A stretch of DNA of 64,000 nucleotides, from NCBI GenBank assembly GCA_964236475.1, contig CAXSED010000004.1:5890-69889 (forward strand), given 5' to 3'. The DNA is from an uncultured Chthoniobacterales bacterium (lineage in GTDB: Bacteria; Verrucomicrobiota; Verrucomicrobiia; Chthoniobacterales; SZAS-18). The notes beneath the pieces were generated by a model. It was not told the DNA's origin. It worked only from the letters and a program-made list of their open reading frames with translations, and did no database searches. Both the position numbers and the translations under genes were made by a program. Shown in pieces: positions 29,984 to 40,315 of this stretch; positions within the stretch are counted from its first letter, which is position 1; every line of letters starts with the position of its first letter.

Positions 29984-30783
29984 AACTTCGGGTCAGGCGC
30001 CCCGCGCCGGTCGTCCCCAAGGGAGGGTTGGCTCTCCGAACCACTCCCTATTTTTCGCCGGTTCGCCAGCCAGAACGGCGCATAAAACGCCGTGAAAAAC
30101 ACCACCATCATCACTTCCAAGGTCAGAATATACCAGGGCCACGGCCCGAAATAATCCAGCAGGGAATGGTGCGCCGTCTTCGCACGCAGATACCCGTAGT
30201 TCGCGCCGGAGAGGAAGTCCACCGTGCCCGCGCACACCAGATAGACCTGGCTCCAACCCGCCGCCCGCCACACGGCTCCCGGCAGCGGCCTCATCTTCAA
30301 GCCCCACGTCAAAAACAGCACGGACACGATGATCCCGCAGTGATCGACGAAGAACCCGATGAAAAACGGGTTAGGGAACGTCTCGGTCAAATCAGGCGTC
30401 AGCACCGCCTGAAACGTCCCGCTCAATCCCCACAGGTAAGCCAGTTCGTAAGCCAACTGCCCGCGCCAGACCAGCGCGATGATCACGGCGAAAGACGCCC
30501 AGTCGCACAGGTGCATCGGCAGGGCGTCCGGCCAGCGCGTGATCCGGCCTTCGTGGTATCCCCACACCAGCGCCATGATCCGGTTGAGCAACAACACCAC
30601 CGCCAGTCCGACCGCCAGCCCCCGCGCCAGTTTCGGACGGTCCTGCCGGTAGGTAAACCGGCTCAACACGAAGGGCAGCGCCACCGTGAGGAACAGGATG
30701 CAAAGGTGCAGCCCACCGAACAAGGCAAACTTCCTCGCGGGTGACAGCAATTCGTTGGCGGCTGCGAGTAGGTCTGTGTTCAA
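29980..30783 (-). CDS. YwaF/TIGR02206-family membrane protein
   Basis: [35 protein letters not shown]. Confidence 0.88.
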   Translation of the reverse strand: MNTDLLAAANELLSPARKFALFGGLHLCILFLTVALPFVLSRFTYRQDRPKLARGLAVGLAVVLLLNRIMALVWGYHEGRITRWPDALPMHLCDWASFAVIIALVWRGQLAYELAYLWGLSGTFQAVLTPDLTETFPNPFFIGFFVDHCGIIVSVLFLTWGLKMRPLPGAVWRAAGWSQVYLVCAGTVDFLSGANYGYLRAKTAHHSLLDYFGPWPWYILTLEVMMVVFFTAFYAPFWLANRRKIGSGSESQPSLGDDRRGAPDPKF

Positions 30784-30817
30784 AATCCTTTGTGCAAGGC
30801 TGCGCCGCTCGTGGTGA

Positions 30818-31243
30818 TCAAAAGAAGTTTGGCGGATTCTCTAACTCATTGATGCGCTGGTCGATCAGGTGGCTTTCGTATTCCCAGATTCCCGCCGCGC
30901 GCGCTCCCAGCGAGCCGATTTCCTCGTAAGAATAGCCGTAGAGAAACTCGCACTGTTTGCGCCGGAACTCCTGCCACGCGGCTTGTGAAGCCTTCAACCC
31001 AGCGACGACCATCCCGGCCCGGCCCGGCGAAATCGTCTCGCCGCTCTCGACCGCACGAATCGCCTTCAGAAAGGCTGCCTCCAGCTTTTTCTCTTTGGCT
31101 GCACGCGCCGTTTCGATGTCGGCGAGGATCCGTGGGGTTGTGCCGACACGGGCTTTCGCGTCGGGTCCGTTTTGAGCACGCAGTCCGCTGGTGCTCAGGC
31201 AGAGGAAAACGAGTGCGAAGATTCTGAGACTGGTGATTTTCAT
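30818..31243 (-). CDS. LprI/DUF1311-like exported protein
   Basis: Signal peptide; SQAAWQEFRRKQCEF and QRINEL resemble DUF1311. Confidence 0.65.
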   Translation of the reverse strand: MKITSLRIFALVFLCLSTSGLRAQNGPDAKARVGTTPRILADIETARAAKEKKLEAAFLKAIRAVESGETISPGRAGMVVAGLKASQAAWQEFRRKQCEFLYGYSYEEIGSLGARAAGIWEYESHLIDQRINELENPPNFF

Positions 31244-31331
31244 GAAAACAGGACCTTGTGTCCGCACCGAGGTTTAATCTACGAACCAGCGCGCGGTAAA
31301 ATCGAAAATCCACCGCTCGCCATCGACCGCC

Positions 31332-32069
31332 TCAATACTTCAGCACCTTCGCAAAAAACTGCCGACTCACCTCTTCTTTCGGCGCGTCGAACACCTGCGT
31401 CGCTGGCCCGGATTCCACGATCCTCCCCTCCGCCAGCAACGCCACCTGATCCGCCACCCGCCGCGCAAAACCCATCTCGTGCGTCACCAGCACGAAATCC
31501 CGGCCCTCGTCGCGCAGTTCTTCAATGATCTCCAACACGCCCCCGGTCATCTCCGGGTCGAGCGCGCTGGTCGGCTCGTCGAAGAACAGCAACCGGGGCT
31601 TGATCGCAATCGCCCGGGCAATCGCCACGCGCTGCCGCTGCCCGCCGCTTAGTTCCGCCGGTCGCTTGTGCGAATGCTGGTCCAGCCGGAAGCGTTTCAA
31701 CGCCTGCATGGCGATTTCCCGCGCTTCGGCGCGCGGGTTGCCGTGCACCTTTTCGAGCGGCAGCATGACGTTCTCCAGCGCGCTCAGATGCGGAAACAAA
31801 TTGTACGCCTGAAACACCGTGCCGATGGTGCGCCGGTGCTTGGCCAGTTCCGCTTCCCGGTACACCACCGGCATGTCGTCGATCACCACGCGGCTCGCCG
31901 GGCCATCGGGATATTCCAGCCCGGCGAGGATGCGCAGAAACGTCGATTTCCCCCCGCCCGACGGCCCGATGAGCGCGAGCGTTTGCACCGCCTCGAAGCG
32001 CATGGCAATCCCGTCGAGCACCCGGTGGCCCGCGAACGTTTTGCAGACGTTATCGACGTGGAGTTTCAT
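31332..32069 (-). CDS. Polar amino acid ABC transporter ATPase (GlnQ-like)
   Basis: [33 protein letters not shown]. Confidence 0.92.
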   Translation of the reverse strand: MKLHVDNVCKTFAGHRVLDGIAMRFEAVQTLALIGPSGGGKSTFLRILAGLEYPDGPASRVVIDDMPVVYREAELAKHRRTIGTVFQAYNLFPHLSALENVMLPLEKVHGNPRAEAREIAMQALKRFRLDQHSHKRPAELSGGQRQRVAIARAIAIKPRLLFFDEPTSALDPEMTGGVLEIIEELRDEGRDFVLVTHEMGFARRVADQVALLAEGRIVESGPATQVFDAPKEEVSRQFFAKVLKY

Positions 32070-32073
32070 GGGT

Positions 32074-32913
32074 TCACGTCTCGAATTTGCCACGACTTTC
32101 CAGCGCACGCGTCAGGAACGAAATCGGCAGCGTCAACAGCAGGTACCCCACCGCCAGCGGGATGTAACACTCGAAACTGCTGAACGTGATGTTGCTGGTC
32201 TCGCGGGCGTTCATAGTGAACTCGCTGACCGAGACAATCGACAACAGCGAACTGTCCTTGATCAGCGACACCAACTGCCCCGCCAACGAAGGCATCATCT
32301 GCCGCAACGCCTGCGGAAAGATCACGTAGCGGTACGTCTGGACCGTGGTCAGCCCGATGGCTTTCGCGGATTCCAACTGGCTTTTGCCCACGCTTTCGAT
32401 CCCGGCCCGGATGACCTCGCTGATGTACGCGGCGTAGGAAATCGAAAGGATCAACACCCCGCACACGTTGCGGTTGTTGATCCCGAAGGCGTTGGCAGTG
32501 ACGTAATAAAGAATCAGGATTTGCACCAACAGAGGCGTGCCGCGCACGAGGTCGATGTAAATCCGGTTGGCATACCGCAAGGGCAAAAACCGCGACCGCC
32601 CCGCCAGTGCCGACAGCAATCCGAACAACGTGCTCAGAGACAGCGACATCACCGAGATGATGATCGTCAGGACGAACCCCTGATAGAATTTCTCGCGGTA
32701 TTGGTAGACCCCCGCCCAGTTCCAGCCCGTCGTCAGTTGGGTGAAAGGCACATACACGAACAACGCGATCAACCCCAGTGCCGCCGCGAAGTTGATGATC
32801 CGCACCGGGCGCGGCAGAGCCAGCGTTGAACCTTCCGCCGGATAAAAGAACCATCTCGCCCAGCGCGAAAGCGGCGGTTGCTCGGAAACTTCGTTGGACG
32901 AATCGTGAGCCAT
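32074..32913 (-). CDS. Polar amino acid ABC transporter permease
   Basis: VRGTPLLVQI, AAYISEVIRAGIESV, LIKDSSL. Confidence 0.92.
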   Translation of the reverse strand: MAHDSSNEVSEQPPLSRWARWFFYPAEGSTLALPRPVRIINFAAALGLIALFVYVPFTQLTTGWNWAGVYQYREKFYQGFVLTIIISVMSLSLSTLFGLLSALAGRSRFLPLRYANRIYIDLVRGTPLLVQILILYYVTANAFGINNRNVCGVLILSISYAAYISEVIRAGIESVGKSQLESAKAIGLTTVQTYRYVIFPQALRQMMPSLAGQLVSLIKDSSLLSIVSVSEFTMNARETSNITFSSFECYIPLAVGYLLLTLPISFLTRALESRGKFET

Positions 32914-32973
32914 CCCTTTGTTGCCCGTCACCCCTGTATCACGCTTTACGGACGAGGCGGCCACCTCAAAAAC

Positions 32974-33129
32974 TCTCTGTCATCCTGAGCCAGCGCGTCA
33001 GCGCGCCGAAGGAACTTCCGGTCATCGGCAGACACCGTTGCCCGCCTACCGGCGGCTGGAAAGTTTGCCTGCGGCTGTCGTGCAGACTCGGCTTTCAACT
33101 CCGTGATCCTTCGCTCGGGACGACAGAGA
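32974..33129. repeat. REP/MITE-like palindromic element (CGTC/TGTC-tagged type)
   Basis: 17-bp imperfect terminal inverted repeats TCTCTGTCATCCTGAGC / GCTCGGGACGACAGAGA and inner CGAAGGA / TCCTTCG arms. Confidence 0.7.
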
Positions 33130-33162
33130 AATAATGATGGCGCGTTCATTCAGCGAACGGTC

Positions 33163-34188
33163 TCAAATCGCATAATCCCCCGGAATATTCTGCGGCTTCA
33201 ACGTTTCGATAAACACCCGGTCTCCCTCGTGCAAGGCCAGCGCATCCAGCCGCGTCCGGCTGATCTGCGCCTCGACGCGCTCGTGGTTGTCCGTCCGCTC
33301 CAATTCGATCCGCGCTACCGGCCCCCGGATGAGCACCGCTCGCACGGTCGCCTCCATGGCTGGCGTGCCGTCCGCCCGCTGCTCGCGTTCGATGTCGATG
33401 TCGTGCGGGCGCACGTACGTCGGCGACGAAACGCCCGTCTGCTCCCCGGCGGCGGACATGCGGTTCACGTCCCCCAGAAATTCGATGACGAACGGCGTCG
33501 CGGGCCGGTCGTACACTTCAATCGGCGTGCCGATCTGCTCGATCTTGCCCGTGCTCATAATCACTACACGATCCGCGATTTCGAGTGCCTCCTCCTGGTC
33601 GTGCGTGACGAAAACCGTCGTCACCTTGAGCCGATGTTGCAATTCCCGCAGCCACTTGCGCAGGTCCCGCCGCACCTTGGCGTCCAGCGCGCCGAACGGC
33701 TCGTCTAACAACAACACGCTCGGGTCAATCGCCAAGGCCCGCGCCAACGCCACGCGCTGCCGTTGCCCGCCCGAAAGCTGCGCCGGATAGCGTTTGCCCA
33801 GGTCGCCGAGCTGCACCAATTGCAAAAGCTCGTCCACCCGGGCGCGGATCACCGCATCCTTGGGCCGCGTTTTCGATGGACGCACCCGCAGCCCGAACGC
33901 CACATTTTCAAACACGCTCAGGTGCCGGAACAGCGCGTAATGCTGGAACACGAATCCCACCCCGCGCTGTCCCACCGCCCGGTCGCCCACCGGCTCGCCG
34001 TCGAAAAGAATCTCCCCTCCGTCCGGGTCGGCAAACTCCAGCCCCGCGATCAGCCGCAGCAGCGTCGTCTTGCCCGAACCCGACGGCCCGAGCAGAGCGA
34101 TCAGTTCACCCGTTTCAATCTTGAGGTCGACGCCGTGCAACGCCGGGTAGCGGCCAAACGTCTTCCTGAGTTTTTGGACCTCGATCAC
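33163..34188 (-). CDS. cysA: Sulfate/thiosulfate ABC transporter ATPase
   Basis: [37 protein letters not shown]-like C-terminus. Confidence 0.95.
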   Translation of the reverse strand: MIEVQKLRKTFGRYPALHGVDLKIETGELIALLGPSGSGKTTLLRLIAGLEFADPDGGEILFDGEPVGDRAVGQRGVGFVFQHYALFRHLSVFENVAFGLRVRPSKTRPKDAVIRARVDELLQLVQLGDLGKRYPAQLSGGQRQRVALARALAIDPSVLLLDEPFGALDAKVRRDLRKWLRELQHRLKVTTVFVTHDQEEALEIADRVVIMSTGKIEQIGTPIEVYDRPATPFVIEFLGDVNRMSAAGEQTGVSSPTYVRPHDIDIEREQRADGTPAMEATVRAVLIRGPVARIELERTDNHERVEAQISRTRLDALALHEGDRVFIETLKPQNIPGDYAI

Positions 34189-35192
34189 GGCTGGTAAATC
34201 TGGTCGAAAGTCCCACCGTCGTCGAAATGAATCTTCTGCGCTTTCGCCCAGCCGCCGAACGCCGTCTGCACGTCGATCTGCTCGATGGGTTGGAAAACGT
34301 CCGCGTGCCGCGCCAGCACTTCCTTGTCGATGGGCCGGTAAAAGTTCTTCGCCGCCAATTCCTGTGCCGCCGGGGTAAACAGAAACCGCAGGTATGCGTC
34401 TGCCACGGCCCGCGTGCCGTGCTTCTCGACGTTCGGCTCTACGATGGCCATCGGCGGATCGGCGCGAATGCTCAGCGATGGCGTCACCTCCTGAAGCTTG
34501 TCGCCCCCCAGCGTCGGATCGTTTTTGATCACGTAAACCTCGTTCTCGAACGTCAGCAGCACGTCTCCGATCCCCCGCTGGGCGAAGGTCGTGGTGGCGG
34601 CGCGTCCGCCCTTGTCGAGCACCACGACGTTCTTGAAAAGCCTCGTGACAAAATCTTTCGCCGCCGTCTCATTGCCGCCACTTTTCTTCATCGCATATCC
34701 CCACGCCGCTAGGTAGCTGTACCGCCCGTTGCCACTGGTCTTCGGGTTCGGGATGATGACTTTGACCCCCGGCTTGACGAGATCATCCCAATCCTTGATG
34801 CCCTTCGGATTGCCCCCGCGCACCATGAACAGGATCGTCGAGGTGTACGGCACGCTGCCGTTGGGGAATTTCGTCCGCCAGTCCTTTGCAACCAATTTTC
34901 CGCGCTCCGCGAGGATGTCGATGTCCGTGTCCTGGTTCATCGTGACCACGTCGGCATCCAGGCCATCGAGCACCCGGCGCGCCTGCACGCTGCTGCCGTC
35001 GTGCGACATAGTCACGGTCACTTCCTGCGCGTTCTTGGCCTTCCAGTCTTTCGTAAACAGTTCGTTGTAATCCCGATAGAAGCCACGCGTCACATCGTAG
35101 GACACATTGAGCAGCGTCACCGGTGCCGGAGCCGCCTGCCCAAGGAACGGCAGCATCAGCAAAGCAAGCAGCGCACGAAAAAGCATTTTCAC
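34185..35192 (-). CDS. sbp: Sulfate ABC transporter substrate-binding protein (Sbp/CysP)
   Basis: [45 protein letters not shown]. Confidence 0.93.
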   Translation of the reverse strand: MKMLFRALLALLMLPFLGQAAPAPVTLLNVSYDVTRGFYRDYNELFTKDWKAKNAQEVTVTMSHDGSSVQARRVLDGLDADVVTMNQDTDIDILAERGKLVAKDWRTKFPNGSVPYTSTILFMVRGGNPKGIKDWDDLVKPGVKVIIPNPKTSGNGRYSYLAAWGYAMKKSGGNETAAKDFVTRLFKNVVVLDKGGRAATTTFAQRGIGDVLLTFENEVYVIKNDPTLGGDKLQEVTPSLSIRADPPMAIVEPNVEKHGTRAVADAYLRFLFTPAAQELAAKNFYRPIDKEVLARHADVFQPIEQIDVQTAFGGWAKAQKIHFDDGGTFDQIYQP

Positions 35193-35217
35193 AGTAAAGC
35201 GATAGACAAAGGGGACT

Positions 35218-35242
35218 TTGACTGAGACCTCCGCCGTGTCAA
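35218..35242 (-). promoter_or_regulatory. TTGAC-N15-GTCAA inverted repeat overlapping a -35 TTGACA upstream of sbp
   Basis: Visible dyad; minus strand reads TTGACA at its start, ~50 bp upstream of the sbp start. Confidence 0.4.
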
Positions 35243-35309
35243 GCGCAACTTAAACCCATTATTGGGTAATAATTCTGGCCGCATCCAAAAAACCTGCCAA
35301 AGCTGCGAA

Positions 35310-36989
35310 CTAATTCCCGCCTCCCGCCGACGACGCGCCGGACGCTCGCGTCTCCTGCAACCGTTGCAACAGGTAAGGCAACAGTTGCTTCTTGCGCGAC
35401 ACCACCCCGTCGAGTTGCCACAGTCCCGTCCCCGCCGTCGGATAGTCGATCTGTTGCCGGAACTCCTCCGCGCCACTGACGAGCAGGATCGAATTCTGCG
35501 TGTTGATGTCCGTGACCAGCAACGCGGAAAAAAAGAGCCGGTTCCCCTCGCAGAAACCATCCAGCGCCGCCGCCAGTTCGGCTTGCTTCTCGTAGAACGG
35601 GCCGAAGCCAAGTTCCTCGATTTGCGCGACGCTGAACCGCACCCCGGCTTCCGTGTATTCTTTGTTGTCGGAGGTGACGACCTCGCGCGGCTGGAGCGTC
35701 AGCAGCGGCGAACCGACGGCAAAGATTTCCGCCGCGAGCGTGGCGGCGTCGATCCCGGCGATCCCCGCAAGCCGTTCGAGCACGGTGCGGTCGGTCGGCG
35801 TGGCCGTCGGCGACGAGAGGTTAAGCGTGTCGGCGATCAGCCCGGCCATCAGCAAACCGGCGGTGGCAGGCGGGATCGGCACGGCGTTCTGCTGGTACAA
35901 CAACGCGACGATGGTGCAGGTCGAGCCGACCGGATTGTTCCAGAAGTGGATCGGCGCCTCCGTGGAAAACCCGCCCAGCCGGTGGTGGTCAATTACTTCT
36001 ATAATGGGGAGCTTGTCCGCGCCGTGGACCGCCTGCGAGAGTTCGTTGTGATCGACGAGGATCAACTGGCGCGGCACCGTTTTGAGAAAGTCACTCTTGG
36101 TCAGGATGCCGACCAACCTCCGCTCGGGATCGAGCACCGGGAAAATTGAATCCGTCGCCGCCGCGACCTTCGCCCGCGCGGCTTCCAGAGGAATGTCCGC
36201 CTCGAAGCTGACGAACTCGCGCTCCAGCACCCGCGCTGCTCGCACCGCCCCGCGCGCCAACAGCACGGTGGTAGCCGTGTCGTGCCGGGAGCGAACCACC
36301 GTCACCCCGCGCTCCTCCGCCCGGGACAAAATCTCGCGCGGCACCGTCACGCCGCCCGTGATGATCAGTGCGCGAACGTTCGCCTCAATCGCAATTTCTT
36401 GGATGTTGTCACGGTCGCCCACGATCAGCACCACCCGCCCGGCGGGATGCTGACGCAGCCGTTGGACCATGGTCGCGGTCTTGGCTGCCGCCACCATCAG
36501 CACGTAATCCTGCACCGCCATGTCCGCCGTGCCCGCCGCCACCAAGCCCTCAAAGGTTTGCACGATGTCACCCAGCGCGGCACGCACCTCGCGGGCGCGT
36601 TCCAGCTCCGGCTGCGACGGGAACAACTGATGGACCAGTTGGATCGTGCTGAGCAATCCCAGGCAGCGGTTGTTCTCGTCTACGACCGGCAGGCCGCGCA
36701 CATGGCGCTGCTCGATGGACCGCAACGCCTGCGCGACCGAATGATCGCCGCGCACCGACACCACTTCCCGGGTCATCACGTCGCGCACCTGCGGGGTCAC
36801 GTCGCTCAGGAACACCGGCGGCTCGACGCCAAATTTCTCCAGCACGAACTGGATGCGCGCGTTCAGGTTGCCCGCCCGGCCCGCGATGACATCGTTCCAC
36901 CCGAGCGCCTGCTTGAGCCGCGCATACCCTAGCGCCGAGCAGACGGAATCCATGTCGGGATTGCGGTGGCCGATAACGATGGTTTGCAC
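35310..36989 (-). CDS. ppaC: Mn-dependent family II inorganic pyrophosphatase with CBS-DRTGG-CBS insert
   Basis: GHRNPDMDS, IDHHR and SRKKQ motifs; two CBS domains flanking IVGDRDNIQ (DRTGG-like). Confidence 0.92.
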   Translation of the reverse strand: MQTIVIGHRNPDMDSVCSALGYARLKQALGWNDVIAGRAGNLNARIQFVLEKFGVEPPVFLSDVTPQVRDVMTREVVSVRGDHSVAQALRSIEQRHVRGLPVVDENNRCLGLLSTIQLVHQLFPSQPELERAREVRAALGDIVQTFEGLVAAGTADMAVQDYVLMVAAAKTATMVQRLRQHPAGRVVLIVGDRDNIQEIAIEANVRALIITGGVTVPREILSRAEERGVTVVRSRHDTATTVLLARGAVRAARVLEREFVSFEADIPLEAARAKVAAATDSIFPVLDPERRLVGILTKSDFLKTVPRQLILVDHNELSQAVHGADKLPIIEVIDHHRLGGFSTEAPIHFWNNPVGSTCTIVALLYQQNAVPIPPATAGLLMAGLIADTLNLSSPTATPTDRTVLERLAGIAGIDAATLAAEIFAVGSPLLTLQPREVVTSDNKEYTEAGVRFSVAQIEELGFGPFYEKQAELAAALDGFCEGNRLFFSALLVTDINTQNSILLVSGAEEFRQQIDYPTAGTGLWQLDGVVSRKKQLLPYLLQRLQETRASGASSAGGGN

Positions 36990-37149
36990 GAAGATCAGGA
37001 ATGAAAGCTGCGATCAAAACGCGTTCACCGCGTCAAACCAGCACACGCGCAAAAAGCGAGGGGCTGCGATGATTCGAGTGTCCGCATGAATAAACACCGC
37101 CGTTAGCGGTCTATGGTCTGTTATCCCGCGTAGAAAGCAAACTCACCCC

Positions 37150-38979
37150 ATGAAAATCCCTGCATTAATGACCTGTCTCCTGGCCATGCTGCTGGCGGCC
37201 ACGCCGCTGCAACGAGCCAGTGCCGACGAGGTAAACTTCGACGTGTTCTACAACAGCCTGGCCGACGACGGCGACTGGTACAACACCCCCGAGTACGGCT
37301 ACGTCTGGCAGCCGTTCGTCGCTTACAAAACCGACAAGTGGCGTCCGTACTCCGACGGCTACTGGGCGCAGACCGACGACGGCTGGACCTGGGTTTCCTA
37401 CGAAAATTTCGGTTGGGCCACCTATCATTATGGCCGCTGGACCCGCTTGAAAGACACCGGCTGGGTCTGGGTGCCGGGTTATGATTGGGGTCCCGGCTGG
37501 GTCTCCTGGCGCACGAACGACGACTACGTCGGCTGGGCACCGCTGCCTCCGAAGGTCGAGGAAGGCGTCTACGAGGGCCGCGTCGTGGATTCCCACCACC
37601 AGCAGGCCGAGCAGATCGACTACAACGACGTGGAACCGGAAGAAGCCGGTTACGGCACCAACGTGGACGTGCAGTACGACATCGGTCCGGCCAACTATTG
37701 CTTCGTGGAAACGCGCAACTTCGGCGCGCCCGTGCTGGGCGAAGTCCTCCTGCCACCGCAGCAGAATTTCGTGTTCATCGAGCGCACCCGCAACGTCACG
37801 AATATTTACTACCGCCGCGAGCACGATCGCACCGTCGTCTACAACAACGGCCCGGATTTCGCGTTCATCAATAGCCACGTTGAGCGCCCCATTCCCCGTC
37901 TGCAAATCGAACGCCGGGACGATCCAGGGTTCCTGCGCGACGGGCTGCGCAGCGGCGGCAACCCGACCCGGGTGCTCAACGGCGTGCTCCAGGTAGCCTC
38001 GCCGACCATCGCGCGCCGACCGGTGAATTTTACGCAGATCAAGCCGACTCGCATCAAACAAACCCTCGCCCAGCCGCAAGTCGCCCGTGGCTGGACGAAC
38101 CCTGGCGGGGACCAGGCTGCCGGTCAACGCATCCGTGAACAATACAAACAACAGGCCGCCGCCGCCCCGGCCCGCCCGGCGAACCCGGTGATCTCGCCCA
38201 CCGCAACGGCGCGCGACCGCGTTGAACGTGCCCCCGGCAACACGCCGCCCGCACCCACCGGAGCGCAACCCTTCGTCTCAGGTGCCCAGCCCGCTCAGGC
38301 AACCGGCGCGCCGCACGCGCCGTTGACCGAAGCCGACCGGATTGCTCGTCGCGACGCTCGCCAGAAGGAGCGCGAACAGCGGGCCAGCGGCCAGAGTGCC
38401 CCTGCTGCCAGCGCACCTGCCGCCGTGCAGCAACCGAATGCCGAACCAGACAAGGAAGCCCGCCGCGCCGCCCGTCAAACTGCGCGCGCCGATGGCCAGC
38501 CTGTCCCTGCGACAAACACGCCCAACCCTGCCGCAGCGCGAGGGGACACGGAACAGGATAAGGAAGCCCGCCGCGCCGCCCGTCAGGCTGCGCGTACAAA
38601 CGGTCAGCCTTCGCAACCGTCCGAAAATCCCCAACCGCAACCATCCAACGGTCGGACCGAAGAGGAACGTGCCGCCCGGCAGGATACCCGCCAACCGCAG
38701 CAACCCTCGGCGAAGCCCGCCGAACCCCAGGCGAGTTCCCAGGCGGATCAGGAACGGGAAGCCCGCCGCGCGGCACGCCAGCAGGAGCGCGCCAGCCAGC
38801 CAGCAGTTCCGCAGGCCCAGCAGGAACAGGATGCCCGCCGTGAGGCGCGCCAACAGGAGCGAGCCGCTCAGCCCGAGCGTCCTACCCAGCCGCAGCCGCA
38901 AAACGCCAATCCTGCCCGGGAAACTCGTCAGGAGCAGCCCAAGCAAGGTGGCAAGCCCGGCCAAAGCCCTGCGCCGTAG
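37150..38979 (+). CDS. Exported DUF6600-like protein with a low-complexity repeat tail
   Basis: Signal peptide, WRPYSDGYW and WVWVPGYDWGPGWVSWR; C-terminal Q/P/A/R-rich repeats. Confidence 0.8.
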   Translation: MKIPALMTCLLAMLLAATPLQRASADEVNFDVFYNSLADDGDWYNTPEYGYVWQPFVAYKTDKWRPYSDGYWAQTDDGWTWVSYENFGWATYHYGRWTRLKDTGWVWVPGYDWGPGWVSWRTNDDYVGWAPLPPKVEEGVYEGRVVDSHHQQAEQIDYNDVEPEEAGYGTNVDVQYDIGPANYCFVETRNFGAPVLGEVLLPPQQNFVFIERTRNVTNIYYRREHDRTVVYNNGPDFAFINSHVERPIPRLQIERRDDPGFLRDGLRSGGNPTRVLNGVLQVASPTIARRPVNFTQIKPTRIKQTLAQPQVARGWTNPGGDQAAGQRIREQYKQQAAAAPARPANPVISPTATARDRVERAPGNTPPAPTGAQPFVSGAQPAQATGAPHAPLTEADRIARRDARQKEREQRASGQSAPAASAPAAVQQPNAEPDKEARRAARQTARADGQPVPATNTPNPAAARGDTEQDKEARRAARQAARTNGQPSQPSENPQPQPSNGRTEEERAARQDTRQPQQPSAKPAEPQASSQADQEREARRAARQQERASQPAVPQAQQEQDARREARQQERAAQPERPTQPQPQNANPARETRQEQPKQGGKPGQSPAP

Positions 38980-39148
38980 CCCATCCCGCGCTCTGCTGTC
39001 CTTGATCGGACGCCGACTGGAAATCTGATTGCAAACGCCCCGGCGGACATGTGTCGCCGGGGCGTTTGCCTTTCGGGCGCGCTGCCCACCAAAAGATTCC
39101 GCTGGCGTCCGTGGTTGCCACGGCGAAATTGCCCGCACACGTTTCTTT

Positions 39149-40228
39149 ATGCCTTCGTCCAGACCCAAGCCTGTTTTTCGCCGCTTCCGCGTTCTCGTGC
39201 CGATTGCCGTGTTCTGTGGAATCGCCATCACCGCTGCCTCCGCCCAGACTCCAAAGAAACAAGCTTCTCCCACGCCGAAACCCGCTGAGACCCCGGCCAC
39301 TGTCGCCAGCCCGACCCCGGCGAGCACGCCTTACCTCGTCCCCGATCCTGCCGCGACCGTGGATGGCGAGCCGATCAGCAAAAAGGAACTCGAACGCGTC
39401 ACCGATGCCCTGATGCAAAGCAACAGCCGCTCTCTGAAGGACATGCCCCCGGCGGACCAGCGGCGCGTTTTTCAATCCGTAGTCGATGACATGATCGTTG
39501 ATCGCATCCTGACCCGCGATTCCGCCGCAGAAAACGTCTCGGACATGGACATCGAGAACCACTACAACGCTTTGCGTGGCCAATACTCCACTCCGGAAGC
39601 CTTTGACGCCGAATTGAAAAAGAGCGGCCAGACTCCCGAGCAGGTCCGCCATAACATCCGCGTGCAACTCGCCCAGAAGCAGTGGATCGAACGTCAAATC
39701 GCCGACCAGGTCACGGTCACGCCTGCCGAGGCCGAAAAATTCTACAAGGAAGGCCCGCCCAACAAATTTGATACGCCGGAAATGGTGAGTGCCAGCCACA
39801 TTCTTGTCAGCGTCAGCAAGGAGGCTCCCCCAGAAGATGCGCTCGCCGCCGAGAAAAAAATCAACGCGCTGGCCGACCGCATCAAAAAAGGAGAATCCTT
39901 CGAGGCGGTCGCCAAGGATGCCCCGAACGACCCCGGCGCAAAAATCATCAGCAAGGACCTGGGTCCTTTCAGCCGCGACCGGATCATGCCCGAATTTGCC
40001 GACGCCGCGTTCAAGCTCAAGGTCGGCGAGGTGAGCGCGCCGGTACGCACGCAGTTCGGCTACCACCTGATCAAGGCCACCAAGCACACCCCGGCCCACA
40101 ACGCCCCCTTCAGCGAGGCCAAGGATCAGATCATGTCCTACCTACAGGAAGAAAAACGCAAGGATGCCGTGGCGGCGCTCGTCAAATCGCTGCGCGACAA
40201 GGCCCAGGTTGAAATCTTTCTCCCGTAA
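39149..40228 (+). CDS. Parvulin-type peptidyl-prolyl isomerase (SurA/PrsA-like)
   Basis: VSASHILV, DLGPFSRDRIMPEFADAAF, VRTQFGYHLIK. Confidence 0.9.
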   Translation: MPSSRPKPVFRRFRVLVPIAVFCGIAITAASAQTPKKQASPTPKPAETPATVASPTPASTPYLVPDPAATVDGEPISKKELERVTDALMQSNSRSLKDMPPADQRRVFQSVVDDMIVDRILTRDSAAENVSDMDIENHYNALRGQYSTPEAFDAELKKSGQTPEQVRHNIRVQLAQKQWIERQIADQVTVTPAEAEKFYKEGPPNKFDTPEMVSASHILVSVSKEAPPEDALAAEKKINALADRIKKGESFEAVAKDAPNDPGAKIISKDLGPFSRDRIMPEFADAAFKLKVGEVSAPVRTQFGYHLIKATKHTPAHNAPFSEAKDQIMSYLQEEKRKDAVAALVKSLRDKAQVEIFLP

Positions 40229-40315
40229 CCATTGTCGATACTCCACCGCAGACCGGGCGAAAGATTTTCCAGTTTACAACGGCTCCCCTCCACGGAACGG
40301 TATTCCTCTCTATTG

